64,000 nucleotides of DNA from an uncultured Planctomycetales bacterium (lineage in GTDB: Bacteria > 4484-113), in contig CAZKNJ010000009.1 of assembly GCA_964554185.1 (NCBI GenBank), positions 5 through 64,004 on the forward strand, read 5' to 3'. This document shows positions 55,395 through 64,000 of this stretch, in pieces (the stretch's first letter is position 1; every line of letters starts with the position of its first letter). The position numbers were made by a program, and so were the translations under genes. Below the pieces are notes generated by a model. The model was given only the letters and a program-made list of their open reading frames with translations, ran no database searches and was not told the DNA's origin.

Positions 55395-57368
55395 TTAGAT
55401 TGGCGTCATGAATATCGTGTGGTCAACCGTGGTCTGACCCGCCACGATATGGACATCCTTGGTTAGCGTGGCGTAGCCGTTGGCCGAGATTTCCACCTGG
55501 TAGTCGCCTGCCAGGATGTCGTCGAAGCTGTACTTGCCGTACACATCGCTCATGGCCTCCATAGATGTAGGCAGGATGCGCACGGTGGCACCGCCAACCG
55601 GCAGCCGCGTTACTTCGTTGTAGAGGTAGCCCACGTAGCCGCCGTTGACATGGCCCTGGCGCGGATAGAGGTTGAAGTTCACCTGCACGGTCTCGTCGCG
55701 GACGAGGTCAACATCGGTATGGTCGGTGGAGTAGTTGGTCTTCAGCGCAACCAGGTGGTAAATGCCGAGCGGCAGATTCTCAAACCGGTATTCGCCGTTT
55801 ATGTTGGTCTCGGCTGAAGCGACCGTACCGATCGCCCCGGAAATGGAAACGGTTGCGCCCACCATTGGCCCCGGCGGGTTCAGACCGGCGTTGAATACGA
55901 AGCCGCCGACGCTGCCGAACTCGGGCGCGGAGGGCGCACTCGGGAATACGCGCAGCAGGCCAGTCTGGGAGCCGTCGCCCAGCGTGTCGCACACGAATAC
56001 GGTGCCGTCAAGGCCGATGGTCACCCTGCTGGGCGCAACAAGCCGGTTTCCGGCCGTGCCCCGCAACCCGTCGCCAATCTGCCGGACATAGAAACCGTCA
56101 GTGTCAAATACTTGCACCCGGCGGTTACCGGGATCGCAGGCATATAAATAATCGGTGCGGGGGTCAACCCCCAGGCCCGAAGGGCCGCCCTGGTCAAGGT
56201 CCGGGTCTTCCAGACCACCGCCTGGCGCGAACGGCGGGCCCCAGGAGAAGCTCCCGGGTAAAGCGCCGGCAGGCAGGCCGATGATCCGAGAGTAGCCGTA
56301 CGGTGTGTCCAGCAACGCGGCAACAGTGTAGGTGAACGGAGGCAAGGTCATATCCACCGTCAGGCTGCTGAAACCAATGTAATCCGCTTCCATTAGGAAG
56401 TCATTCACGAAGAGCCTCTGGGTCTCTGTCCTGTTCTGCGGATATGTGTTCGCAAACGCCAGGTGTCCGAGCCAGCCAACAGCGTCACCCCATTCCTTCC
56501 AGCGGAAGGGCCGGTCAAAGGTCCTCATCTGACCCTCGTCGCCCACCTCAACGGATATTGTTCCGCCCACCCTGGGGGATATCAGGTAGTCTGTGTGGGG
56601 GTCGAAGAAGAGCATCGCCTGTGGATAGTCAGGATAAGGCGGCGTGCCAGGAATGTCGATATCGACTATCATTACTATCGCGCCCTCGCGGGTCACGCTT
56701 ATATCGTAGGTGTATACGAGAAGAAGCATCGGATCCGGAAGCGGGGGGGGATTACAAGGAGTACACGGCCAGAGACCATAATCCAAGAAGTCCTCAATCC
56801 TGGGTATGGGATAGAATTTCAGCGCGGCATATGGATTCTCGGCGTCCTCAATAGTGACAACTTCATCGAGATTGGGCGCGTAGATAACCGCGCAGCCTCC
56901 CCAGGTGGCGAAGTCAAATGGATTAACCGCGACTACGGGATACTCCGGAAAGGGATAGCGTGTGGCATCGCCATCTCCGGGAAAGGGGTCTCGCGGTATT
57001 ACCGCAACGCCCTGTATCCTCTCCCAACCGGTGAAACCACCTGTAACCACGTTGACGAGATTACCCTGAAGGTCAAACGCGTAGAGGGCGTCCACGTCCG
57101 CCACGTAGATATACCTAGTACTCGTAGCGACGCCGCGCATATCGCCGAAGGACGCTCCGCCCGGCAGAGTGAATGCTCCCCGGAAATACTGCGTGGATTC
57201 CTCCGGGTCGCCGCCCGGAGGGGCTCCGGACGGGGGTAGCGGGGCAAACCCTTCCTGGCCGGGGGCGCCGGGAGGCAGGCCGCCGCCACCGCCGCCGCAA
57301 GACGCGGCCGCGAGTATCACCAGAAACAGAGCTACTGTCAGCAGTTTCGTAACCGTTAGTTTCATCAT
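55395..57368 (-). CDS. lipoprotein with NHL-repeat beta-propeller segment and C-terminal CarbopepD_reg-like beta-sandwich domains
   Basis: Lipobox LAAAS-C followed by poly-Gly. NHL-like unit LYACDPGNRRVQVFDTDGFYVRQIG. Two C-terminal units GATV.I...NGEYRF..L..G.Y. Start is ATG 57368 or GTG 57374. Confidence 0.65.
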   Translation of the reverse strand: MMKLTVTKLLTVALFLVILAAASCGGGGGGLPPGAPGQEGFAPLPPSGAPPGGDPEESTQYFRGAFTLPGGASFGDMRGVATSTRYIYVADVDALYAFDLQGNLVNVVTGGFTGWERIQGVAVIPRDPFPGDGDATRYPFPEYPVVAVNPFDFATWGGCAVIYAPNLDEVVTIEDAENPYAALKFYPIPRIEDFLDYGLWPCTPCNPPPLPDPMLLLVYTYDISVTREGAIVMIVDIDIPGTPPYPDYPQAMLFFDPHTDYLISPRVGGTISVEVGDEGQMRTFDRPFRWKEWGDAVGWLGHLAFANTYPQNRTETQRLFVNDFLMEADYIGFSSLTVDMTLPPFTYTVAALLDTPYGYSRIIGLPAGALPGSFSWGPPFAPGGGLEDPDLDQGGPSGLGVDPRTDYLYACDPGNRRVQVFDTDGFYVRQIGDGLRGTAGNRLVAPSRVTIGLDGTVFVCDTLGDGSQTGLLRVFPSAPSAPEFGSVGGFVFNAGLNPPGPMVGATVSISGAIGTVASAETNINGEYRFENLPLGIYHLVALKTNYSTDHTDVDLVRDETVQVNFNLYPRQGHVNGGYVGYLYNEVTRLPVGGATVRILPTSMEAMSDVYGKYSFDDILAGDYQVEISANGYATLTKDVHIVAGQTTVDHTIFMTPI

Positions 57369-57418
57369 ACTCACTCCATTTCCACCTGCCGTGGATGAAT
57401 CGGCTCACCTGCCCAAGT

Positions 57419-59173
57419 TTACAGGCCCGGGCCGCCTCCACCGGTATCTTCAACCTGCACCGAGGAGACACTGAAATCGATTTTGCGCACGCCGCCCGGG
57501 CAGATGTCTATCACCTTGGACTGGGGCGTGAATAGCGTCACCGGGTCGCCGTTCGGGTCGGTCACCACGCAGGTGACGGTCACCCGGCCCGCAGGGACAA
57601 CAAGGATATAGTTGTTATCTGGATTGGTCAGCGGGTTCTCGTCAAAAGTAGGGTTGACGTATCCGGCGATATCGCCCCCGAAGTAATACTCACACTGTAT
57701 CGTCCACATAAGGTCAATCTGCATTGTCTGGAGGTTGCCCTCTCCATCCTGGTAGGTGAAAGTGCGCTGGAAGTTCGGCACGCGCCCGTGGATGAAGCCA
57801 CAGCTTAAGTCCGCCAACGCAGGATCGCGGGGCACGCGCATGTCGTCCATATTAGTGGTGAAGGGGTACATCAGCGAGACCTGCGCGGTTTCGCGGATAT
57901 CCCGGGTCCTCAGCTCGCTGCCCAGATGGGCGGTCTGGAACCAGTACATATACTGGTATTTCGTAGTCAGCGCCTCGCCGCGGAGAATGACCATAACCTC
58001 GTCGTCGAGGCTGAAGCCCTGGGTAGTCCAGTTGCCGCTGCTCACAGTCACGCTGGGAACTCCGCCAGCGGCAGAGTGGTCCGCGTACATGAACTTGTGG
58101 TTGAGGTGCATCCCCACGCTGGCCCAGATGTTGCTGGGCGGCTGGTTGATGAGGAAGCCCGTTGGGTATCCTTCCTCACCACCGGTGCCGCCGCCGCCGG
58201 CCATGCCTGCAACCAGCGCGTCGTAGATGGCATTCTCCACTGCGTCCCCGTAAACGCCGATGTCGTTCAGCGTCAGGTACATGATCCGGTCTTCGGGGCT
58301 GGCAGAGCCCACGCCGCTGAGCCACTGGATAACGCGGTTGGCCATGTTGATGTCAGAGAACTGCTGGACGGCAGCGATAATCACCTGGGAGGCGTCCATC
58401 TCGGATGTCAGAATGTCATTGAGCCCGTCCGTCGGGCCGAAGTAAACTTCTATCTGGCCCGCGCCGCCGGCGATGCCGAAAGCATGCTGCGTGGCGTCGC
58501 GCTTATGGACGCCGAACTTGCCTTCGGCGAACATCTGGTTGAACTGGTTGGTGAAGGCGTCGGCAATACGAGAATCGTTGATCACCAGAACGTCGCCTGT
58601 CGTGCGCTCGCTGCCCTCAACGCCCCAGTTGTAGCTCCCCATCGCGACCTTTGCCCGGTCGATGATGATGAACCGGGAGTGCATCAACCGGGGCTCACCG
58701 TCCAGGTCGGTGTGAATCTCGATGTTGCCGTTATTGCGCAATGGGTTAAGCAGCTGCTGATAGAACGGACGGTAAAGCGGGTCGTCGTAGTACGCCTTTT
58801 CGGTGACTATGCGAATGTTGCAGGTCGCCGACTTGTCCAGCAGCGCGTCCACGAAGGCTTGGCGGTTGATGCGCATAACGGCGATGTCCAAGCTTGAACG
58901 CGCCTGTGAAATAAGATCGTACACCGGGTCCCAGGCCTTGGGGTCGTCCGTAAAACTTGACGTGCGGTAGGTTTGGTCAACGAAATGGGCCGTGACGCCC
59001 GGGAACAGGTCGTACACCTTGGCGGGGTTCGTGGTCCCCGACGGGGTTTCGCCCTGCTCCTCCGGCGGAGCCACCGTGCCATCGCCTCCGCCCCCGCTGC
59101 ATCCGGCGAGCGCAAGGAACGCCAGAAGCGCTGCTATCATCAATATCCGCGAGATTCGGGCCAACGACATCAT
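57419..59173 (-). CDS. lipoprotein with two divergent PLD-like (HKD-fold) repeats and C-terminal Ig-like domain
   Basis: Lipobox LALAG-C. First motif HSRFIIID...GSYNW (HxR in place of HxK). Second motif NHKFMYAD...SSGNW. Start chosen at ATG 59173 with a GGAGG RBS. Confidence 0.5.
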   Translation of the reverse strand: MMSLARISRILMIAALLAFLALAGCSGGGGDGTVAPPEEQGETPSGTTNPAKVYDLFPGVTAHFVDQTYRTSSFTDDPKAWDPVYDLISQARSSLDIAVMRINRQAFVDALLDKSATCNIRIVTEKAYYDDPLYRPFYQQLLNPLRNNGNIEIHTDLDGEPRLMHSRFIIIDRAKVAMGSYNWGVEGSERTTGDVLVINDSRIADAFTNQFNQMFAEGKFGVHKRDATQHAFGIAGGAGQIEVYFGPTDGLNDILTSEMDASQVIIAAVQQFSDINMANRVIQWLSGVGSASPEDRIMYLTLNDIGVYGDAVENAIYDALVAGMAGGGGTGGEEGYPTGFLINQPPSNIWASVGMHLNHKFMYADHSAAGGVPSVTVSSGNWTTQGFSLDDEVMVILRGEALTTKYQYMYWFQTAHLGSELRTRDIRETAQVSLMYPFTTNMDDMRVPRDPALADLSCGFIHGRVPNFQRTFTYQDGEGNLQTMQIDLMWTIQCEYYFGGDIAGYVNPTFDENPLTNPDNNYILVVPAGRVTVTCVVTDPNGDPVTLFTPQSKVIDICPGGVRKIDFSVSSVQVEDTGGGGPGL

Positions 59174-59200
59174 CGCCTCCAGATTGAAGTCAACCCCGGT

Positions 59201-59230
59201 ATTATCCTTCACCTGCATTCCCAGTGTCAA
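59201..59230 (-). promoter_or_regulatory. sigma-70-type promoter TTGACA-N18-GATAAT for the PLD-like lipoprotein gene
   Basis: Minus strand reads ccTTGACActgggaatgcaggtgaagGATAATaccgg. It lies about 28 nt upstream of the RBS and ATG. The ORF-finder 'start' at 59230 is the TTG of this -35 hexamer. Confidence 0.5.
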
Positions 59231-59346
59231 GGATGGATAGGGGCCGGCTTCGGGCTGTTTCTTATGCCAGCACTATTATACCCGCCCGCACAGCCCGCTA
59301 AACCCGCCCAACGGGGAGGACGGGCGCCGCCCAACCTGCGCGCATA

Positions 59347-60648
59347 CTACGCGAGGTTACGGGCCTTGAGTTCAAGGTATTTGTTAATCACGTCAGCGGA
59401 GAGCCTGCTCGCGTAGGTGCGAACAACATCCACCCCGGAGCGCCTTAGCCTCTCACAGAACGCCTTCTTCTCCTTGAGATAGGCAACCGCGGCGGCATGC
59501 AGCAGGAAATGCTCCTCGCGGGTCATGGGGGCCACGGCGGTGGAGTACATCTCGGGGTCGTCCATCATTATTACGACTATCTGGTGCCGCCGGGCCAGGA
59601 CCGACAAGGTGTTAAGCGCCTTCCTGCAGGTGATGCTGTCAGTCAGCTCGGTGAAAAGGAAAAGCACCGCCCGCTTGGGGTGGTTGCGCTGCAAAAAGGC
59701 GAGGAGGCGGGGGAAATCGCTTTCCACGTGCTGTGGGTAGAAGGGGAACAGGTCGGCCAGCACATCAGGCTGGCGGGTGGGCTGGCGGTAGAATCGCACT
59801 TCGCGATCAAACAGCGCCACGCCCATCCGGTCGTTTTCCAGCTTGAGCGCATAGCTGAGCTGCGCGATGGCGTCCAGACAACGGTCAAACCGCGACTTGC
59901 CTTCAATGCCGGTGAACATCTGACGCCCACCGTCCAGTACGGCTATCACCTCGCGGTCGCGTTCAGCCCGGTACTCACTGACGATCGGGCGGTTGAGCCG
60001 GGCGGTGGCCTTCCAGTTAATCTTGCTGTAAGCGTCGTCCGGAAGGTAGTCGCGCAAGCTGTCGAAGTCGGTTCCTTCGCCCAGCATCCGAATCGTGTGC
60101 TGGCCGCGCATGTACACGCGCAGGCGGTGATGAAACGGGTTTAGCGCCAGGTAATCGGAGATATGGGGAAAGACCTTTATGCGGCCTTCGGGGTGCCGCC
60201 GCCGGGCAATCTGCCAGAGGCCAAACTTGCTCGTATAGCGCGCGAAGATAGGCCCGGGATCCAGCGCTCCCCGGACCAGGGCGGTGAACTTCACTTCAAA
60301 TCGCCTGGCGGCGCCCCGGGTAAGCTCAAATCTCTGCTCCGGGAAGGTCTTGCGCAGATGGGTGTAGGAGTTCTCGTCAAAGACACCGCGAATCGGGCGC
60401 GAAAGCGTGTTGCGGATGGTGACTGTGTAAGTTCCGGGGAAGTCCACCGCCCAGATATCGGGCGCATCGCGCTCAATCTCCGGCCCGGATTCGCGCGCAG
60501 AAAGGGCCAGGTCAACCAGAGCGCCAGCAACTAGCACGCCGAGAATCACCTTGAACGCGGTAAGGGCCAGCGGGCTGGACATTCCCAAGTACAGGAATCC
60601 GAGGCTGATCAGCAGGAGCAACCCGAAATTCTTGGAGGGGATGGTCAT
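59347..60648 (-). CDS. DUF58-family protein (vWA-like), paralog 2, translationally coupled to flhB
   Basis: Two N-terminal TMs. DUF58 core ...YSKINWKATARLNRPIVSEYRAERD.... Its ATG overlaps the flhB stop (ATGA at 60645..60648). Confidence 0.8.
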   Translation of the reverse strand: MTIPSKNFGLLLLISLGFLYLGMSSPLALTAFKVILGVLVAGALVDLALSARESGPEIERDAPDIWAVDFPGTYTVTIRNTLSRPIRGVFDENSYTHLRKTFPEQRFELTRGAARRFEVKFTALVRGALDPGPIFARYTSKFGLWQIARRRHPEGRIKVFPHISDYLALNPFHHRLRVYMRGQHTIRMLGEGTDFDSLRDYLPDDAYSKINWKATARLNRPIVSEYRAERDREVIAVLDGGRQMFTGIEGKSRFDRCLDAIAQLSYALKLENDRMGVALFDREVRFYRQPTRQPDVLADLFPFYPQHVESDFPRLLAFLQRNHPKRAVLFLFTELTDSITCRKALNTLSVLARRHQIVVIMMDDPEMYSTAVAPMTREEHFLLHAAAVAYLKEKKAFCERLRRSGVDVVRTYASRLSADVINKYLELKARNLA

Positions 60649-61721
60649 GCCCGCAGTGAAGATAGCTTGCGCCGTAGCTTCTCGTCAACCCGGGTAAGGA
60701 ACGCCAGCACTTGGGCGACCGCCTGGAACAGGGCGGGCGGGATAATGTCATCCACCTCCAGCCTATAGAGCGCCTGGGCGAGGTAGCGGTCTTCGTAGAG
60801 AGGGATGCCGTGTTTCATCGCCTCGCGCCTGATGCGCTCGGCCATGTAGTCCTTGCCCTTTGCAATGATGCGCGGCGCGGCGAACTCCGGCTCGTAGAGC
60901 AGCGCCACGGCGTACTGCGTCGGGTTGGTGATAACCACATCGGCTTCCTTCACCCGCTGCATCATCCGCCGGAAAGCGATTGCACGGCCGAATTCGCGCA
61001 GGCGGCGCTTGATGAGCGGGTCGCCCTCCTGCTCTTTCATCTCATCCTTCACCTCGCGCTTGGACATGCGGACGCCCTTCTCAAACTCAAAGCGCTGGTA
61101 GGCGTAGTCCAGCAGCGCCAGGATTAGCAGCACGGCGGAGGAAACGAACCCAATTTTCAGGGCAATGCGGAAAACAGCGGCAAAGGCGGCTTCCGGCGTC
61201 ATGCCGGACAGCATCAGCAGCACGGGAGCCTCCGCGCGTAGGATCATCACCACTATCACCGCCACGGCCAGAATCTTCAGGAGGTTTTTCAGCGTATCAA
61301 AGGCTGCCCTGAGCGAAAACAGGCGCTTGAAGCCGTTGATGGGGTTGATGCGATCGAGCTTGGGCGTAATGGGGTCGGAGGAGAACACCAGCCCGACCTG
61401 CGCCATGCTAGATAGCAGCCCTGCTGCGAAAACCACGATGAGCACCGGGCCGAGAAGGGTGAGCGTCATGGTAATCACGAGGTTGAAGATGCCGGGGAGG
61501 GTCTCGGTGGAAATATCCATCCCGCCGGCATTGCCCACGAGCTGCCTGAACAGGCGGTTGAACGTGTCACCCATATAGCCTTGAAGCAGGCTCACCGCGC
61601 CGAAGACCAGGAGCAGGGTCACGGCGGAGACGACTTCCACCGAACGGGCCACCTGCCCCTTCTCGCGGGCCTTGCGGCGCTTTCGCGGCGTAGCCGGTTC
61701 GGTTTTATTTTCGTCAGCCAT
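60645..61721 (-). CDS. flhB: flagellar biosynthesis protein FlhB (export gate/substrate-specificity switch)
   Basis: N-terminus PRKRRKAREKGQVARS. Four TMs. Autocleavage-site region VVITNPTQYAVAL has NPTQ in place of the usual NPTH. Confidence 0.9.
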   Translation of the reverse strand: MADENKTEPATPRKRRKAREKGQVARSVEVVSAVTLLLVFGAVSLLQGYMGDTFNRLFRQLVGNAGGMDISTETLPGIFNLVITMTLTLLGPVLIVVFAAGLLSSMAQVGLVFSSDPITPKLDRINPINGFKRLFSLRAAFDTLKNLLKILAVAVIVVMILRAEAPVLLMLSGMTPEAAFAAVFRIALKIGFVSSAVLLILALLDYAYQRFEFEKGVRMSKREVKDEMKEQEGDPLIKRRLREFGRAIAFRRMMQRVKEADVVITNPTQYAVALLYEPEFAAPRIIAKGKDYMAERIRREAMKHGIPLYEDRYLAQALYRLEVDDIIPPALFQAVAQVLAFLTRVDEKLRRKLSSLRA

Positions 61722-61728
61722 CGGGCAA

Positions 61729-62502
61729 TCATCCGGTTATGAACCGCAGCGTATCCTGGAATATGGTGCGGCTGGCGCGCTCGGTGAGCACTCCGTAGGT
61801 CATCACCGCCGCCGAGAGCATGAACAGGCCAAAGGCAATCTTAATGGGCAGACCCACAAAGAAGACATTCATCTGGGGCATAATCCGCGCCAGAATGCCA
61901 AGCGAGATGTCAGTGAGTATGAGAAACGCCATCAACGGGGCCGCGAGCTGGAATGCGATGATGAACATGTCGGTGCAGACGCGCCCGAGGTCGGCGAGGC
62001 TCCATAGCCCCATGTCTACCTGGCCCGGCGGCGCCAGTACCAGCGAGTCGTGCCAGATATAGATGAGGCCGTGGTGGAGGTTGAGGTTGAGGAATACGAG
62101 CATCGAGAGGGTGAACAGGAATTCGGCGATCAAGGAAGTCTGCTGCTGGGTGGCGAAATCAAAGACATTGACCACGGCGAAGCCCATCTGATAGCCGATG
62201 TGCTCGCCTGCTACGTAGAAGGCGACGAAGATGAGGCCCACAAAGAAGCCCAGCAGCGCGCCAACCGCCAACTCGGTCATCATTGCGGGGACGTAGTTGC
62301 TCATCTCCAGCAGCTCGGGGTGCAGCTCCGGCCGGTTCACAACAAAGAACAGCAGTGCCAGGAAGAAGGAGAGCGTAATCTTAAACACCGCGGGCACATT
62401 GCGCCCGGAGAAGAGAGGCGCCACGAAGAAGAACGCCGAGATGCGCGCGAAATACAGCGAAAACAGCGCGAACTGGAACGTCCCGAGGTCGAGAATGGTC
62501 AT
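61729..62502 (-). CDS. fliR: flagellar biosynthesis protein FliR
   Basis: 257-aa polytopic protein. N-terminus LFSLYFARISAFFFVAPLFSGRNVP is typical of FliR. Start is 7 nt after the flhB-preceding stop. Confidence 0.85.
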   Translation of the reverse strand: MTILDLGTFQFALFSLYFARISAFFFVAPLFSGRNVPAVFKITLSFFLALLFFVVNRPELHPELLEMSNYVPAMMTELAVGALLGFFVGLIFVAFYVAGEHIGYQMGFAVVNVFDFATQQQTSLIAEFLFTLSMLVFLNLNLHHGLIYIWHDSLVLAPPGQVDMGLWSLADLGRVCTDMFIIAFQLAAPLMAFLILTDISLGILARIMPQMNVFFVGLPIKIAFGLFMLSAAVMTYGVLTERASRTIFQDTLRFITG

Positions 62503-62541
62503 CTACCCTACACCCCTGCCCCGCGCGGCCTACCCCTAAGC

Positions 62542-62790
62542 CTACGCGAGGTTGCGGAATATCAACGCAAACACGAAGGTTACAATGAGGAAGGCGTACC
62601 CGAACTGGGAGAGCAGCCGGCGCTTCTTCTCTTCCACGCCCACTGCGCCGCGGTAGGAGTCGCCGGCGCTGCCAGTAATGGCCGCGCCCAGCCCCTCGCT
62701 CTTGGTATTGAGCGACAGGGTCAGCACGATCATGGAGATGCTGATGCCAGCGATGATTAGAAGCAAGATTAAACCGATAACCGTGGTCAT
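62542..62790 (-). CDS. secG: SecG-like preprotein translocase subunit (82 aa)
   Basis: TM1, then a Gly/Ser/Ala-rich loop (SLNTKSEGLGAAITGSAGDSYRG), then TM2 (LSQFGYAFLIVTFVFALIF). This parallels the SecG layout. There is no FliQ QxxE/T motif. Confidence 0.55.
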   Translation of the reverse strand: MTTVIGLILLLIIAGISISMIVLTLSLNTKSEGLGAAITGSAGDSYRGAVGVEEKKRRLLSQFGYAFLIVTFVFALIFRNLA

Positions 62791-62808
62791 GTAACCTCCG
62801 CGCGCCGG

Positions 62809-62837
62809 ATTCTAGCAAATGGGCGGCATATGCACAA
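62809..62837 (-). promoter_or_regulatory. TTGTGC-N17-TAGAAT promoter upstream of the SecG-like gene
   Basis: Minus strand reads ccTTGTGCatatgccgcccatttgcTAGAATccggcgcgcGGAGGttacATG. Confidence 0.4.
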
Positions 62838-62950
62838 GGAGCTGGGGCGGGACGCTATGGTGGGCTCCCGCAAATGTTAGAGAAGAGAAGGTCGGCAGTG
62901 AGTGAAGGAAGAAGGTGCCTGCCAGTCGGTATGCTGAACCCGTGGCTATG

Positions 62951-63226
62951 CTAGGCTGAGAACCGGTGATCTTGACGCATCGCCAGCCAGGTTTCCGGAT
63001 TGGCCTGCGGCGGCATCGGCAGGGCATCCAGTTCGGCGAGGGCTTCGTCCAGGGATTGCCGGGACGCGCTGCCTGATTGGGTTTCAGGCGACCCCCGTGT
63101 AGTGACCTGTGGTGTGGCCAAGTCTGCCGTGCCGCGGTCCTTGCCGCACGATGTGGGGGCCAAGACAGTCAACAATGCCAGGAGAGCTAGCACTCCCGGC
63201 AGTAGCTTGATGATAACGCTCTTCAT
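62951..63226 (-). CDS. small lipoprotein (91 aa), hypothetical
   Basis: Signal peptide plus lipobox LAPTS-C. Confidence 0.4.
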   Translation of the reverse strand: MKSVIIKLLPGVLALLALLTVLAPTSCGKDRGTADLATPQVTTRGSPETQSGSASRQSLDEALAELDALPMPPQANPETWLAMRQDHRFSA

Positions 63227-63299
63227 TTTACCGTTCCTCCTGTTTCAAGTTGCCAATATGCACGGTTCCGCTTGCGCGGATTGTGGCCAATGCGGTGTG

Positions 63300-63926
63300 T
63301 TACCAGTGGCGGGCTATGTGCGTCTGGCCCACCATTAGTGGCATCCCATCTGCTGCAACACGCACTTCAGCACCATAGAATTCTGGAGTAGGGAACACTG
63401 CGGAAGTCCATACCGATTCGCAGCGCCATGCGAAGAACTGGTTAGACTGGGATGGGTCGTTGAAAGTGACCAGCACCGTATCGGGCAGCTTGGCCAGGGC
63501 GTCTAGGCCCGGCAGCAGTGCGGGGGATGTGGTACTGTAATAGTAGACATGTTCTGCAGCTTCTATATGTGCAGCCTCAGCGACAAACACTGTCGTCGGG
63601 TAGTAGCCCGATCCGTATTCCACCTCTCCGAAGAGTATCGAGGGCTCGCTCCCAACATTCAGGGCGATGTCTAGCGGGAAAAACCTGTGTGTGTAGTCTT
63701 CCTCGTCAACAAAGGACTCCTTCAGCCGTTCAACCAGCCAGTTCCCTTGCTCCTCCTTGCCATAGCAGAGAGTTCCCGCGTCCGAGAACACCAGCTCCAG
63801 ACGGTCATCAACTCGTATTTCCGCATTTGTGTAGTTGACTTCACCTGCTGCCTCCCACACTCGTTTCTTCTCCCACACCCCCGGGGCCGTTCGCCGGGCC
63901 ACCCAGATGGCGCCATAGACCAGCAC
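63300..63926 (-). CDS. hypothetical protein (208 aa)
   Basis: Intact ORF with no recognisable motif. Confidence 0.35.
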   Translation of the reverse strand: MLVYGAIWVARRTAPGVWEKKRVWEAAGEVNYTNAEIRVDDRLELVFSDAGTLCYGKEEQGNWLVERLKESFVDEEDYTHRFFPLDIALNVGSEPSILFGEVEYGSGYYPTTVFVAEAAHIEAAEHVYYYSTTSPALLPGLDALAKLPDTVLVTFNDPSQSNQFFAWRCESVWTSAVFPTPEFYGAEVRVAADGMPLMVGQTHIARHW

Positions 63927-64000
63927 CGCCCGGTTCGCCGAGTCAAACAGGAGCTGGCCGGTCTGATCTATCTCCTCTTGCTCCCATCCCTCCGCTGTCC

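Noticed and set aside
57419-59173. Calling the PLD-like protein a cardiolipin synthase or phospholipase D.
   Set aside because: Both HKD motifs are non-canonical, and it is a secreted lipoprotein. Only the fold-level assignment is supportable.
59228-59230. ORF-finder start of the PLD-like lipoprotein at 59230.
   Set aside because: The TTG is part of a perfect TTGACA -35 hexamer. The lipobox signal peptide begins at ATG 59173, which has a GGAGG RBS.
59231-59346. Possible terminator hairpin after DUF58 paralog 2.
   Set aside because: GC-rich segments are present, but no convincing complementary stem followed by a U-tract could be traced by eye.
62542-62790. Considered calling this 82-aa membrane ORF FliQ because of its position upstream of fliR.
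   Set aside because: It lacks the FliQ signature. It has the SecG-like TM/Gly-rich-loop/TM architecture instead.
1-64000. Looked for CRISPR arrays, tRNA/rRNA genes, transposases, integrases and phage genes.
   Set aside because: No direct-repeat/spacer periodicity and no cloverleaf-like intergenic segments are present. The intergenic regions are short. No transposase or integrase motifs occur in any ORF. The window appears to be core chromosome.

Overview
GC-rich (visually >60% G+C) bacterial chromosomal window carrying about 55 protein-coding genes. There are no rRNA/tRNA genes, CRISPR arrays or mobile elements. Gene order is Firmicutes-like: gmk-rpoZ-coaBC-(PPIase)-priA, and a B. subtilis-style late flagellar block flgM-flgN-flgK-flgL-(yviE-like)-fliW. 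The organism also shows diderm hallmarks: an SLH-domain OmpM/Omp-alpha-like porin, MlaEFD plus a 1543-aa TamB/AsmA-like protein, lytic transglycosylase, and many lipobox lipoproteins. The most striking structure is a roughly 17.5-kb single-strand gene array at 2277..19841 (minus strand): MoxR AAA+ ATPase -> DUF58 (vWA-like) -> transglutaminase TgpA -> YdjC/ChbG deacetylase -> a 1374-aa dockerin/PQQ-propeller lipoprotein -> MlaE -> MlaF -> an elongated MlaD -> TamB -> PaaI thioesterase. Most junctions in this array overlap or are separated by only a few nt. A second unusual array at 53227..62790 (minus strand) couples the flagellar export gate genes fliR-flhB by a 4-nt ATGA overlap to a second DUF58 paralog. 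That paralog is followed by a PLD-like lipoprotein, an NHL-repeat lipoprotein, a GT2 glycosyltransferase and a thiolase, and a SecG-like gene sits directly upstream of fliR. Other notable items are a 901-aa FlgL with about five internal flagellin-IN-like repeats; a PriA homolog that lacks Walker A/B and helicase motifs; a DUF4129-DUF4350 pair between priA and alr; a sigma-28-type promoter before flgM; and a recurrent leaderless promoter architecture (TGnTA(T/G)AAT placed 6-8 nt before the start codon) at four genes. Housekeeping genes (nth, dnaQ-like exonuclease, aroQ, gyrA, dnaE, def, ruvB, mazG, gmk, coaBC, alr, thiolase) fill the rest. All calls are based on motif-level reading of the supplied translations. 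No database searches were run.
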